DNA of 64,000 bases, from IMG/VR virus record IMGVR_UViG_3300020577_010873, positions 9,989-73,988 of that record; one strand, given 5' to 3'. A model generated the notes under the pieces. The model saw nothing but the letters and a program-made list of their open reading frames with translations. It was not told the origin of the DNA and searched no databases. Origin of the DNA: a virus. Taxonomy: Duplodnaviria; Caudoviricetes. Numbering within the stretch: position 1 is the stretch's first letter; each line of letters opens with the position of its first letter. Shown one piece after another: positions 9,601-17,278 of the stretch. Both the position numbers and the translations under genes were made by a program.

Positions 9601-11368
9601 TCGACTGCTGGTCGTACACACCTTCGATCTCTTGGTTGAGCCGTCCATCCGCATCCGTCGGCTGGTCGGTCGCGCGGCCGGTGAGGTTGTCCCGGTATCC
9701 CTTGCCCGGTCGGAGTTCGTACTGGTCGGGCGTGAAGTTCTCGGACTCGATGGCTTGGCGCCATGGCGCGTCAATCTGATCGCCCATCACAGCGCGGGCA
9801 CGCCGAAGCTGTGGCACGCCTTGGACTGTCGGAACATCTCCCTTCGCGATGTCCTTTCCGAAGGCCATCCCGAATCCCTTGTTTACCTCGGGCGCCCGCT
9901 CGATCGCCTGCTGAAGACGCTCGACCACCGCACTATCCGGACCGAACTGCTCGATCGCCTGCTGAAGAACCTGTTGGGCATGCTGAGGATCTTCGAGTGC
10001 GCGGTTGATCTCCGCCGCCTTGAGCACCTCCGCCTCGGTTTGCTGCGCGATCTCGGCAGCCGTTGCGGTGCCCTTGGAGTATTCGAGAACTTTCTGGAGA
10101 CGCAGCTTGTTGGCAAGGAGCATGGTTTGGTCGCCGCGTTGTGCCGCGACTTCCATCTTCATGCGGGCGCTCACCGCCTCGGGGATCGCCTTCTCGTCCT
10201 CCGGTCGAAGCGCCCCCTCTTTGCGAGCCGCGTCCAGTGACTCCTGCCACTGGTCGACCACACCCTTCGTAACCTCCGCTCGGAGGTTGTGCTTCGCCGC
10301 ACGGATCTCCAGCGGAGTGAACCCCACGCCTCCGGTGAAACCACCGAGGAAGCTCATGAACAGATCGGTCACGAGGTCCGATACGTTGGTCATCTGCGTC
10401 GGGTCGAACAGCATCGCCGCAGATACGTGCTGAGCCAGAGTGCTCGCGATCTCCTCCAGCCCTTCGGAGAATCCGGTGCGACCCAGCCGCTTCAGGAGAG
10501 ACATTCCGCCTTCCTTGATCGCCTCCTTCAGTGCGTCGCGCGGAGCAACGTCGAAGAACTTCCGCAGCCCATCTGGAAGGAACGGCATCTTCCCGAGGAA
10601 CTTCGAAGTGCGAGCCGCGGCGCTACCCAGGTATTCCGACCCAGCCTCGGCCAGAGTGGAGTTCCATGCGTGGAGATATGCCTTCTCTGGAGACGCTCCC
10701 TTGGAACGCGCCTCCTCATACGCCGGAGCGAACGTGGAGAGCGACGTGGCAAACAAGACGGGAAGTCCACCCACCGTGGCCGGAAGGGATGTGACAATTG
10801 AACCGCCGGAACTACCAAGAAAGTCGACAGTCTGCTTCACCCCATCCGGCATTTCCGCCAATCGGTCGTCGTAATATTTGCGCTGATCTTCCGTTCCAGC
10901 CTTCGTCAGTTTCCCGTACGGTCCTTGCGTGAACCTTTCGTAGTTCTCCGCGGGATTCAGTGAAGGGGTTTTCCCGTCCATCAAATCCAAGAGGGGTTGA
11001 AGGCCGGGTAAGATGCCGAGCGATGACCGTCCGGCGTTTGCCACAGTGCTCGAAACCGCATCAGCCGCACGATTCACCAACGCCGCGGGTAGATCAGGCA
11101 CCGCACCCAACGCGGTTGTGACATTGTTCAACGTGTCGAACCCCGACTTCTGAGCGTCGGTCAGCGGGAAATCCACCGGAGGCTCTGGCTGCGGCGGAGG
11201 TCCAATCAAGTCGCCCGCCCCTTGGACGAACACCGTGTTGAGCTTCGGCATCTGCGGAAGGGTCGCCTGCCGGTGAAGTTCCGCCGCCGCTTGAACGATC
11301 TGGTCGTCCCCCATGTCATCGGGGAAGTCGACCGGACCAACGCCTGGGACGTCGATGCGTTGTGGCAT
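413..11368 (-). CDS. Giant polyvalent internal (ejected) virion protein, 3651 aa: zincin HExxH, ART-like, SH3-like and beta-clamp-like domains, long helical C-terminal part
   Basis: Last gene of the virion arm. RHEGLH at 9524-9538; VYHGGG...WTASRDYAEGYA ART-like at ~8470-8660; clamp motifs at 6380-7000; Pro/Ala/Glu linkers; Arg-rich C-terminus. Confidence 0.85.
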   Translation of the reverse strand: MPQRIDVPGVGPVDFPDDMGDDQIVQAAAELHRQATLPQMPKLNTVFVQGAGDLIGPPPQPEPPVDFPLTDAQKSGFDTLNNVTTALGAVPDLPAALVNRAADAVSSTVANAGRSSLGILPGLQPLLDLMDGKTPSLNPAENYERFTQGPYGKLTKAGTEDQRKYYDDRLAEMPDGVKQTVDFLGSSGGSIVTSLPATVGGLPVLFATSLSTFAPAYEEARSKGASPEKAYLHAWNSTLAEAGSEYLGSAAARTSKFLGKMPFLPDGLRKFFDVAPRDALKEAIKEGGMSLLKRLGRTGFSEGLEEIASTLAQHVSAAMLFDPTQMTNVSDLVTDLFMSFLGGFTGGVGFTPLEIRAAKHNLRAEVTKGVVDQWQESLDAARKEGALRPEDEKAIPEAVSARMKMEVAAQRGDQTMLLANKLRLQKVLEYSKGTATAAEIAQQTEAEVLKAAEINRALEDPQHAQQVLQQAIEQFGPDSAVVERLQQAIERAPEVNKGFGMAFGKDIAKGDVPTVQGVPQLRRARAVMGDQIDAPWRQAIESENFTPDQYELRPGKGYRDNLTGRATDQPTDADGRLNQEIEGVYDQQSKKVVFFRGSIRDPQRLREVARHEGLHQAADTPEGQAKISEFAAQEIGRSQEMRDDVWGLARRYNGRDIPEEYIAHLYEKKKWWREPVDRLRAKLSEWFPKLGPAPAPVAGRILARSIVRNKGVIPNGQEVQSQVQDQEVTQPVPPVLDAAGTAPGTASTPAPAAPAASPQSAETIPAQSAHPSNLPGWLDDEIKRLFDVAQKAGVVPEIESLAAQRKTALEIANAIVVPGYATPQDKKPIVLAVRSKLGIPSMDMTSEFERWIQNRKAAPATAESPKPPVAPTVEASTPAPATPQKDERPFDGGVNRPRSDEPPIAEGKVRVYHGGGFKEASGDWTASRDYAEGYALMNGGNVWYVDLESDSPLLKPAYDDTGLPRRASPAHFSGTAETRDNAKSLGPPKPAPPVAEPTQETKPPESQATASNKAPSVETKSETKTPSEPVPKPPESPSEPKAEAPAHPEPTPTPKEEAKIQKKKEQADLQAELDAELGQTETHEPTKDKGGTTATDSVESKGRKPKRVAPPHLRQKKAKAESTPQPAPTPTKDISKGDRVEWDDDGVRRTGVVLERNAMGVSVDDDASGRRYLLASDRLKLLPPVEATPYPAPTPEPTPAPQNVAPEQPPLAAHEPAPIETPQPQPAPPAHAAPEVVPPTPVPGESELRKEERVEGKPEASNERKTSTAKALKVQKEYLVEAVTKALEEAPESVGSPDSDEIAAAQKEWDAAKLEAGKMQNLSDRETANASALEKYQSRIEILFEKYKTPTTIDLAVDGKPGPGGVVPRKTNELDFSQRQVLLVDQIKKAKWQGPTGITFDVPGDGVFTVVNDKPTLRKFLETVKKRFPKGDGRSSEPKMASTSEKSTPKEAALKTFTDRVKVVGVFASTDVTRKVVNRVAHAGGLLIATDGRQMAVIPAGESTTDVHQFNSQTGEQVKFEVDDKGAKSDLAQYPNWRQVLPSDPEWRAKADVAVLLKMVRGALQLWVGEERKSSSKPMQLFLDSDGNFGVKAIVPDSGEFESGVTEKSKIIGAFNADYLADGLEAAARMGNQSLWVATDEGLLGPASFLGTDFAYVLMPMRDAETYKKTRVTVKTAEADAQRSTLTEQWRKQLEIETTESTEPKKPKAKRKANGQKFSIIPTENRETLLAQDVQWFRNEYKSAPEIVFRDEPDDLVQEPVYYDPGFRQIVVVPRLLPRTRGARRSLFLGALADAGINLIPEAFWDSAWEDIRKVDPEMLKRAADALKVDVRESSGRRAVLRRLVEQRMQGPTRYGLVRSLLRMFRAESPTARVVARVARQIAKQSENFIPETPYTFATDSQEQVHADVNAAVWGLRSDVYALRDAANEVISRAIEDNQWQRIKNRLGELAEQGESASIGRGRRIRLNIDSPQFIAELEALQVPHNQSDVQAHHTWLDELEARRVVTLMDNLDKNRETLGFLDENLRTGSGDLTKQSSSVIEALKSRIARQQARLDRIETERPAVFDRANSIRRATDGMAEARAARATLTAPEIQPWIETIYEIERSGAIPRGMDEVSPSLRTPIEVASGLFGHHALEIQRSMRERMDRVSERLAKNLRKLQQRRRELRSKQGDVDVRVHELLTSIAGDAEASGGLFSRSVAQQVRERELAISRLAVFLGQAQPNSVAAEFTEAMTSGDIFAAMGSASAGELPAGAPSQERPVASDEAFGRNVAMIRAVAQGASITDDVLREILDMANRDMGFSNVVLMLADEADSRSERRMLDVIERVEAARESMLAHPQPLNAEERATREGFIAARGMLERLRLERSGASATLAEVEKEIQEAEIEQRSIAMLHQLAARAVELAGGEMGDRIGTAEMVYRTNSHGLHFVEFIKADGTKQESVIIGPNKEYTAEVIQKIIEWRQAAQEAVEEAQANPTNPPNAPHITRGLAVGAEKALAAIDAYSTPDNLLKTSRYKIFNLWLAKTEFAIRAILPRLIPGIHGRLFAESIAGYARLGRLLDAIAAKNHARRMKLLHSAYESLGLDPYNANHQSDLATAYAEVAHRYREHGSKVAVGDTLLNTSLRNKPITRELVTLLRFDRDLFREAQRIMQSEDYGGIRENLRGIRLVRPAAETGDIGLARKVNSEIERQIAANYEAALGADPKNPDMSQTWVAFPDIVRFHILDSLRSDLAFERNPILLELEQQYARDIRSGKVPPPSIASAFEDTVSALAVYANNRIASPHETIRKALSDELMVYARVARSRRASSVDSTTPMTRVGTYTGEDDTNEFTSPAAKLIYPSSMYEYGASGSVNDMRGALSNVLDVSQVSMLGSGKAAAEHLRTIADILKNIQDPRMNDEVRAVARWFTNSRPDVEVTQEVANSAATKVRAVAEAIERDLAHIQSPSVSPGGLQKFTGALMPFMLAAPRVGLSNVVGGPLSSRRILTPLIGAPLANLAAFGLTLHSLSYAVYNMTDWMVRKTVGIHLPRLGTSPEVMEWLQSIGWGSRIGYAELEGLKAHMGGGVGNATIRRIGQVGEVLESTVGSKVGTTGTDAHLNRMAATTLVPLMLRRMTAIANSWRNRLAKANIEVSGDVTGEWAIGDADIGNSAGFREMLREAGVHPEEFMAALARGEIDNRRFWLNPLGAKFGNAVLSEWNASTRTNRPSARGLRSLLLGWMTFEVSRTVDMFRQPVDRSATRKLMNTAITAGSMLLSSFAIYYFGVAVRQAMNDVQTTIARELAEAIASPPDDDDDLWDWIQNLLARFVSAWEINSAPQLTPKDKSWWNRPILAIAWDVLQTPAKSLGVDRIATGNGFMAPGPGILLQIAEAGILAARATMEVMTGKNVDAKVDAANASRSILGSFGELGRVLANFFHGTPRRQTTSAIRDAANAQGVQVVSRTAPSTFAFQRDAALQPELLGAALAFSEANPEDREAAKKRLVSVAQAIYQRAYDRVIERGGFTNPVEAKDEADRAGQRAVQSAVSSIEPVTRAIGRSVTPDEYAKLKTSGVLENPEVVRETKAVAAAAQALASTPTPTGRAMVNPSQAVTSPISHAGSGGGGFSSGGSSTRRPLGRRLPALRSRMPRLRRARASRVPRLRKPPKLRRPRL

Positions 11369-11369
11369 G

Positions 11370-12548
11370 TCAGTAGCGGATAAGTTGTCCGGTCTTGGGG
11401 TCGAAGTATCCGACGGATCCAGTCTTGGATACCTGTTGGGTGGTATTGGGCACCGAAACTAGGTTGAACCCGTACTGCGTCAGCAGTTCCAACAGAGGTT
11501 CGGCGTTGAAGTTGAGCGGTGGGAGTTGGGGGGTTGTCGTCCGGGGACGTGGGGTGTACGCCACCTTCTCCTTCGCCACCTGTGCCGCCTGCAAGTCGTT
11601 CAGAGCATTGCGAAGCTCCATCGCCTCTTGCGACTTCATCATGATGTTCGTCACGTCCGTAACACCCGATCCCGCCATCTGCCCCCCCTTGAGTTGGGCG
11701 ACTCCGTTCGGACCTTCGGTAACGACCAACCTCATTTCATCCGGGATGGAACCGCCGTTCACCTTCGCCGCCCTCTGGTTCCACGCCTTGGCCTCTTGCA
11801 CCATGCGCTCGTTGTAGACCGATTGAGCCGACGTAAGTTTGGGGTACGCCGCGAGCATCGCGTCGGACGCGGCATTCCCCGCCTGCTTGTACGCCGCATC
11901 GTACCCGAGTTCGGAGTTGAGCTTCGACACGTCGAGTTGGTTCGAGAAGTCCTGCTGAGTCAGGCGACTCAGGCGATCGAGCAGCGCCAGCCGGTTGGCC
12001 TCCACGTCCTGCGACTGGCGCCACGCGTCGGTGCCCTCAGACCGCCGAAGCTGGGCTTGCTCAAGGTTCTGCCGAAACGCCTGCGCCGCCGACTGGAGAT
12101 TGAAGTTCCGGTTCGACTCGATCTCGCGGAACTCCTGGGCGTCGTCCGCAAGCTTGGCCGACTGCATGCCACCGAAGTCGTTGCCGAAGATCCAGTTGCC
12201 CGAGGCGAATCGGTTTGCACCGCTTTCCCCTCCGGCCCGGGACAGCACGTCCGCGAGCTTGGCCACCACCTGGGCCTGCTCCTCCGGGGACTTCCGCTGG
12301 ATCGTCGTGTTGTCCAGCCCGCTATAGCCGGGGAGCGAACCCACGGCGTCCGCCACCGGCTTGTAGAACGAGTAGCCCGAACTCGACGGAGTGTGCGAGG
12401 CGATGCCGATGGCCTTCACCGTGGCGATCCACTTGTTCGGGTCGGTGCCCGGCACGTACGCCGGGATGGCCACCCCCGGAACGAGGGTGTTTCGAGGCGA
12501 CCCCAACCCGTGGGATTCGCTGAGATGGATGGCGTCGAGTTCGTTCAT
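11370..12548 (-). CDS. Putative internal virion/ejection protein
   Basis: 392 aa, Ala/Gln-rich and helical; sits between the hub and the giant protein where podoviruses place ejection proteins (positional inference). Confidence 0.6.
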   Translation of the reverse strand: MNELDAIHLSESHGLGSPRNTLVPGVAIPAYVPGTDPNKWIATVKAIGIASHTPSSSGYSFYKPVADAVGSLPGYSGLDNTTIQRKSPEEQAQVVAKLADVLSRAGGESGANRFASGNWIFGNDFGGMQSAKLADDAQEFREIESNRNFNLQSAAQAFRQNLEQAQLRRSEGTDAWRQSQDVEANRLALLDRLSRLTQQDFSNQLDVSKLNSELGYDAAYKQAGNAASDAMLAAYPKLTSAQSVYNERMVQEAKAWNQRAAKVNGGSIPDEMRLVVTEGPNGVAQLKGGQMAGSGVTDVTNIMMKSQEAMELRNALNDLQAAQVAKEKVAYTPRPRTTTPQLPPLNFNAEPLLELLTQYGFNLVSVPNTTQQVSKTGSVGYFDPKTGQLIRY

Positions 12549-12554
12549 GGCTGG

Positions 12555-13271
12555 TTAGTCGGCTGTGGCGAGGCCGGTGAAGGAGTTCCCGAGGCTGAGT
12601 TGGAGGATGTTCGACAGGGCGGTGGCGAGTTTGGATTGGGCGTTGCTCGACACCTCACCCGGCTGGTTGAGCAGGCTGAGGAGCGAGGCGGCCAATGCCT
12701 GACGCTGACCCGCGGCGGAGGTGCGGGCGGAGAGCAGGGTGTTGGCGTCCGCCCGCTCAGCCGCGGCCACGCTCGCCGCGTTCTGGAGCCGAAGCTTGCC
12801 CGCCTCGGCCGCGGCGATCTTGGTCAGGAAGCTCGAAAGCCCACCCCCGGCGGTGCCGGAGGCGCCGACCCGACCGAGGCCAAGCCCCTTGGAGATGTCG
12901 GCCCGCAGGATGCTGTCCACCCCGTCCATCGCCTTCGTCTGGCGCTCGCGGATTCCCTGGAGCGTCGCCTGGATGCCGTTGGGGTCGAACACCGAGTTGA
13001 CCGACGAAATCTCCTGCTTGTTCGCCCGTGCCAGGGTGGGGAAGACCTTCTGCAACGCGTCGTTGTAGTCGGCCACGCCCTTGTTGAGCGTCGAGGCCAG
13101 ACCATCGGCGGACAACGCGGCTTGGTAGATCATCGGGTCGAGTCCCGGGATCTTCGCCGCCCGTGCGGTTTCGAACGCCCCGCCGGAGTTGGTCCCGAAG
13201 TAATCGGGGACTTCGGTGGATGCGGTTGCCCCAGTTTTGCTGGCGGTTGGAATTGTCCACTTGGTGGCCAT
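12555..13271 (-). CDS. Putative DNA-ejection/pilot protein
   Basis: 238 aa, Ala/Gly/Ser-rich with an amphipathic C-terminus; position. Confidence 0.55.
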   Translation of the reverse strand: MATKWTIPTASKTGATASTEVPDYFGTNSGGAFETARAAKIPGLDPMIYQAALSADGLASTLNKGVADYNDALQKVFPTLARANKQEISSVNSVFDPNGIQATLQGIRERQTKAMDGVDSILRADISKGLGLGRVGASGTAGGGLSSFLTKIAAAEAGKLRLQNAASVAAAERADANTLLSARTSAAGQRQALAASLLSLLNQPGEVSSNAQSKLATALSNILQLSLGNSFTGLATAD

Positions 13272-13283
13272 AGGTCAATGGGG

Positions 13284-14039
13284 TTAAACGAGTTCGGCGA
13301 AAGCGTGGGTGAGTTTCACGGGACGGCCCAAGATGTCCTCCAGCCAAGTTACGCACGACACGTGCTCGATGGAGCCGGCGGCGATGCTGCCCTCGGGGAT
13401 TGGTGGAGGGGTTGCGCGGGGGAGCGGCGACCGCTGGAACACCACCTTCTGCACCAAGTTCGAGGAGTCGATTCCGCCGTGAAGCGGTGCGTTCTGCGGA
13501 ACCAGCGTCACCCGAAGCACGGGGAACAGGATGTCCGACTGGCGGGACTTCCACGCCGCCGGAACCGGCCACCCGGTGGTGTTGTACGAGCGCACGCCCT
13601 GCACGTCGACGTACGGGGTGTCGACCGGAGGCACCGAGTATTGCACTTCGACCAGCGTGTCGACCGTGCTGATGCTGCCGTAGCGCCCGCTGTCCACCGG
13701 ACCAACGGAGATGGGCCACAAGCCGCTTCCGAAGGTGGTGACGAGCGACAGGCGAGACGCCTTCTCCAGCCCGCTGACGCGCGTCCACCCCAGCCGTTCG
13801 CTCGACGCTGTGGATGCCCCGGAGGCCAGCCGTTGCCGGGGGGTGGTGAGCGCCTGGACGCCTCGCCCCGGGTGAATCGGTGCGCCGCCCGAGGACTGCG
13901 CGATCTTCACCTGGGCCGACCACGCCTTCACGCGCCGGTCGTACTCGGTGAACACCGCGGTCAATCCTCCAGGGATCCCCGCACGGTAACAATCCGTTAG
14001 GGACGGTGGATCGGGGATGTTAATGATCGTCGGGTTCAT
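13284..14039 (-). CDS. Hypothetical virion-module protein
   Basis: Start re-assigned to ATG 14039 (MNPTIINIPDPP), ATGA-coupled to the upstream stop at 14036-14038. Confidence 0.6.
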   Translation of the reverse strand: MNPTIINIPDPPSLTDCYRAGIPGGLTAVFTEYDRRVKAWSAQVKIAQSSGGAPIHPGRGVQALTTPRQRLASGASTASSERLGWTRVSGLEKASRLSLVTTFGSGLWPISVGPVDSGRYGSISTVDTLVEVQYSVPPVDTPYVDVQGVRSYNTTGWPVPAAWKSRQSDILFPVLRVTLVPQNAPLHGGIDSSNLVQKVVFQRSPLPRATPPPIPEGSIAAGSIEHVSCVTWLEDILGRPVKLTHAFAELV

Positions 14040-15805
14040 TCGACGGCGTTGGTGCTTCGGGCCACCCCGGCTTCCATGCGCGAGAACTGGACGGGACCAC
14101 CCACCAGCGGTTCGATCCGCAGGTCGAACCACACGAACCGGCCCTCCAGCTTGAAGTTCCACCGGGCGGGCTTGGTCGACGGGGTGACGTTCGGCACCAC
14201 CGGAGGCCCCTGGAGGGTGCGGGTGCTCAGTTGGATCAGCTTGTACGACACGTCGCCCAGGGCCAGCGGGTCGACCGGGGTGCCGGACAGGCCGACGTAC
14301 AGCGTGAGGGTGGCCGGCGTGTCGGTCGATCGGGCCAGGAAGTCCACGAGCAACTGGGAAACGGTCTTAGCCATCGACAGCCCGAAGTTGGTGGGCGCCG
14401 TGACCAGCCGGCAGCCGTAGGCGTCCGTCACCCAGCCGTCGGCGGTGCGGCGCTCCATGCCGTAGAAGTCGGCGTCGAAGATCTTCACCGCGTTGTCCGA
14501 CGCCGTGACAGCCACGACCACACCATCCCCGGCGCACGAGACCTCGCACGGGTGGTTGAACAGATCGCACGGACCGGCGGTGCGCTCGGCCGCGGGCAGG
14601 ATTCGGGCGTCGTCCCTGGGACCGAGCGGGAAGTTCGCGTCGATTCCAGCCGAGTCGCACAGCCCATTTCGGGTCAGCCACATTGCGAAGTCGTCGCTCC
14701 GGTCGATGTGGCCAGAGATGATGGCGTTGAATCCCGCGGTCTTGATCGCCGTCGACTGCTCCCGGGTGTTGATCACGTACGTCTGGCCAAGTTCGGCGGA
14801 GGAGAACAGGAGTTCATGCCGAGTCGGGTCGTACTCCGCGGCGGAGATGCGACACGAGCCGCCTCCCAGGAACTCCTCGGGCAACCCCTTGTTCACCCAC
14901 TCCACCCACTCCGGGGCCGACGAGTAGGGCGACAGCGCGTAGATGCCGTCGACCGCCATGAAGAACACGATCTCCCGATTGCAGGCGAATGCCGTGGGAC
15001 TGACCAAACAGGCGTCGCGCTTCGAGTGGTAGTAGAGTTGCTGGAACGAGAACGAACCATCGTCGCCCACTCCGAGACGCCACGCCCCATGGGTGGTGAG
15101 GATGAGGAACAGCGTCCCGCACGCGACGGCGCCCAGCACTTCCTCGCCCGTGTTGAGGTCGCGGAACCCCGCGATGCTGTCGTCCCCGACCGAGAAGTCG
15201 ACGGAGTCGGGATTGCCCCACAGCACCCGGTTTCCCACCCGGTGCCCGTCCATCACCACGTTGGCCACGAACGGGCAGCCCTGGTAGGACCAGCAGACGG
15301 ACGCGCCGGTTACACCGATGGCCGTAAGCGTCTCGATCTCCGAGAACTGACCGATGCCCACCCGCTGCCACCGCACGTCCACGCCGTTGCCCGCCACCAC
15401 CGCCGCGCTGGTGCTGCCGAAGCTCCACCGCCCGCCGCCCGTCCGGGTCGTCCCGCCGCAGTTGGTCCACCCCCCGTCCATCCGGTTCATCCAGATGTCC
15501 GACCCGGCCCCGGCGAACAGCCGGACACCGCTGGAGTTCCGGGTGTTCGGCTGGTGCAGATGCAACGACGTGATGGGATTCGACGCCCCGTGCTGGTCGT
15601 GCAAGTCGCAGTTCGGGTGGGTCGTCCAGTGGCCAAACCGGCGCCATCCGCTCATGCGGGCCAGCCGGCCAGCCTGGGGGGCGGTGAAGTTCTGGACGTG
15701 CCGCCAGCGTCCCCACGGGACAGCGTCGACCGCCGACTGACGGTCCATCGGGGCCGTCATCGACGGCCAGACAATCGGCTTCTGCCCTGTTTGGGAGAGG
15801 ATCAT
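14036..15805 (-). CDS. Tail hub/stabilisation protein (P22 gp10 / T7 gp12-like beta-propeller)
   Basis: 589 aa, beta-rich; NRVLWGNPDSVDF...EEVLGAVACGTLFLILTTHGAWRL pattern; lies just upstream of the ejection genes. Confidence 0.65.
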   Translation of the reverse strand: MILSQTGQKPIVWPSMTAPMDRQSAVDAVPWGRWRHVQNFTAPQAGRLARMSGWRRFGHWTTHPNCDLHDQHGASNPITSLHLHQPNTRNSSGVRLFAGAGSDIWMNRMDGGWTNCGGTTRTGGGRWSFGSTSAAVVAGNGVDVRWQRVGIGQFSEIETLTAIGVTGASVCWSYQGCPFVANVVMDGHRVGNRVLWGNPDSVDFSVGDDSIAGFRDLNTGEEVLGAVACGTLFLILTTHGAWRLGVGDDGSFSFQQLYYHSKRDACLVSPTAFACNREIVFFMAVDGIYALSPYSSAPEWVEWVNKGLPEEFLGGGSCRISAAEYDPTRHELLFSSAELGQTYVINTREQSTAIKTAGFNAIISGHIDRSDDFAMWLTRNGLCDSAGIDANFPLGPRDDARILPAAERTAGPCDLFNHPCEVSCAGDGVVVAVTASDNAVKIFDADFYGMERRTADGWVTDAYGCRLVTAPTNFGLSMAKTVSQLLVDFLARSTDTPATLTLYVGLSGTPVDPLALGDVSYKLIQLSTRTLQGPPVVPNVTPSTKPARWNFKLEGRFVWFDLRIEPLVGGPVQFSRMEAGVARSTNAVE

Positions 15806-16122
15806 CGGATGGACCGCTTTCCGATGTTGTAGAAATGGTTTGGTACCGCCTTCAGTTCAGGCCATCCATCATCCCTGAACCCCACTTCGCGTACGCGCAT
15901 CTCCTCCGCGTAATGCGCTTCTCCACCCACAAACCTTCCAACGAGGAACCGTTGCTCCACCCTGTCCCCTGGGCGCAGACAAGCGAACTCCCAATCCGAA
16001 ATATTGAGAGCGATAGGGATCTCACAAAAAATCCGGCTGGTCTGCGCCTTCGGCTTGCAGCCCACGGCAGCCAGAGCGGGAGCGCAGAGCGCGGCGATGA
16101 ATCCTCGGCGGGTGGTGTTCAT
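15802..16122 (-). CDS. Small protein with twin-arginine signal and lipobox
   Basis: MNTTRRGFIAALCAPALAAVGC: T-R-R-x-F motif, hydrophobic core, AVGC lipobox-like site; ATGA-coupled to the hub gene. Confidence 0.55.
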   Translation of the reverse strand: MNTTRRGFIAALCAPALAAVGCKPKAQTSRIFCEIPIALNISDWEFACLRPGDRVEQRFLVGRFVGGEAHYAEEMRVREVGFRDDGWPELKAVPNHFYNIGKRSIR

Positions 16123-16131
16123 TTGTGCGTA

Positions 16132-17199
16132 TTACGAGAACGTGAGTCGGATGGCCCCACCCGCTCCAGCGGGTGCCTGGGATGTGTTGCTGTTAATGCC
16201 GTCCGTTCCGGAGCCAGCCGAATACCCGGAGGCCGAGACGCCCACACCACCGACACCGGCAACCGAAGTCGTTCCCGCCGTGCCTGGATTCCCGATTGAG
16301 GAAGCGGCATCGACCGATCCGACGCCAAGGTTGTTGGCTCCCGAAACGGAAGGACTGGCGCCGGCCGTTCCTGGCACGCTGTAGGACTTCGCGATACCAC
16401 CGTTCCCGCCGGGATTGGCGAAGGCATTCACCGCCGAACCGTGCGTGGTCTTGTAGAGCACGCTCGCGCTACCCGGTGCGCCGGGATCCAGAATGAACTT
16501 GTCGCCCACGTGAATCGGGATCCCGGTGATCTTCAGGTACGCACCCGAAGCGCCACCGCCACCGAAGGCCAGCGTGTTGGGAGCCACGATCCATCCGCTG
16601 TGGCTGTTGTTTCCCCCCGTTCCACCCGGGCCCCAAATCTCAGCCGTCATGGTGCCATCGGCGGCGACAACGTACTCCCCTGGAGTCACGGTGTTGGTGT
16701 AGGTGTAGGGGGTAGTGCCCGAACCCGACGCCATCTTACCCGATGCCACCGCCGAGAACCCGCTGTTGCTCAGCGTATTGTGCGCCTTGACCGCGTAGTA
16801 GTATACCGTGCCTGCCACCACGTCATCGTCGACAAACTCCGTGGCGTCGATGGCTGATGCGACGACCGCCATGTCCGACGGGTTGCTCGTCCCTCCCCGG
16901 TACACGCTGTAGCTGTTGGCCGAACTCACGCTGGACCACGTGACCTTCACGTCGGTCGTCCGGCTGGAGGTGGCGGCGACGTTCGAAGGGGCGCTCAGGC
17001 TGTTGCTGCCCGTGCCCGTTCCTCCTCCGCTCTCGTTCTTGAACGCGTCGGACAACGTGCCGTCCGCGTTATACATCCACGTCTTCTCCTGGCACACGAG
17101 GTCCAGCAGGGTGCGTAGGGACGTGAGCTGATCGCACGGGGATGCGGTGGGCGAAAGCTTGATGGCGCAGAACTGGGAGGGAGTGACGGGCGATCCCAT
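16132..17199 (-). CDS. Fibronectin type III + glycine-rich domain virion protein
   Basis: APSNVAAT...VKVTWSSVSSANSYSVYR...FVDDDVVAGTVYYYAVKAHN (FN3), then a GPGGTGG/GGGGASGAY glycine-rich domain. Confidence 0.8.
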   Translation of the reverse strand: MGSPVTPSQFCAIKLSPTASPCDQLTSLRTLLDLVCQEKTWMYNADGTLSDAFKNESGGGTGTGSNSLSAPSNVAATSSRTTDVKVTWSSVSSANSYSVYRGGTSNPSDMAVVASAIDATEFVDDDVVAGTVYYYAVKAHNTLSNSGFSAVASGKMASGSGTTPYTYTNTVTPGEYVVAADGTMTAEIWGPGGTGGNNSHSGWIVAPNTLAFGGGGASGAYLKITGIPIHVGDKFILDPGAPGSASVLYKTTHGSAVNAFANPGGNGGIAKSYSVPGTAGASPSVSGANNLGVGSVDAASSIGNPGTAGTTSVAGVGGVGVSASGYSAGSGTDGINSNTSQAPAGAGGAIRLTFS

Positions 17200-17222
17200 G
17201 GGCGAGAGTCAACGCCCACTCG

Positions 17223-17256
17223 GTTGCAAAAGCAATACGCGCGTTGCATTTGCAAG
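17223..17256. promoter_or_regulatory. Tandem imperfect palindromes (GTTGCAAAAGCAAT, GTTGCATTTGCAAG) in the divergent FN3/portal spacer
   Basis: 17223-17236 and 17243-17256, 20 bp apart; same consensus GTTGCAWWTGCAAC as 24603 and 39183. Confidence 0.5.
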
Positions 17257-17278
17257 CAGAAAGTGCTTGCCTGTTCCC

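Noticed and set aside
11526-14000. 824-aa plus-strand ORF (and similar long ORFs at 4700-6511, 8630-10240, 17069-19132, 32473-34425)
   Set aside because: Antisense shadows of well-supported genes in GC-rich DNA; Arg/Gly/His-rich with no motifs.
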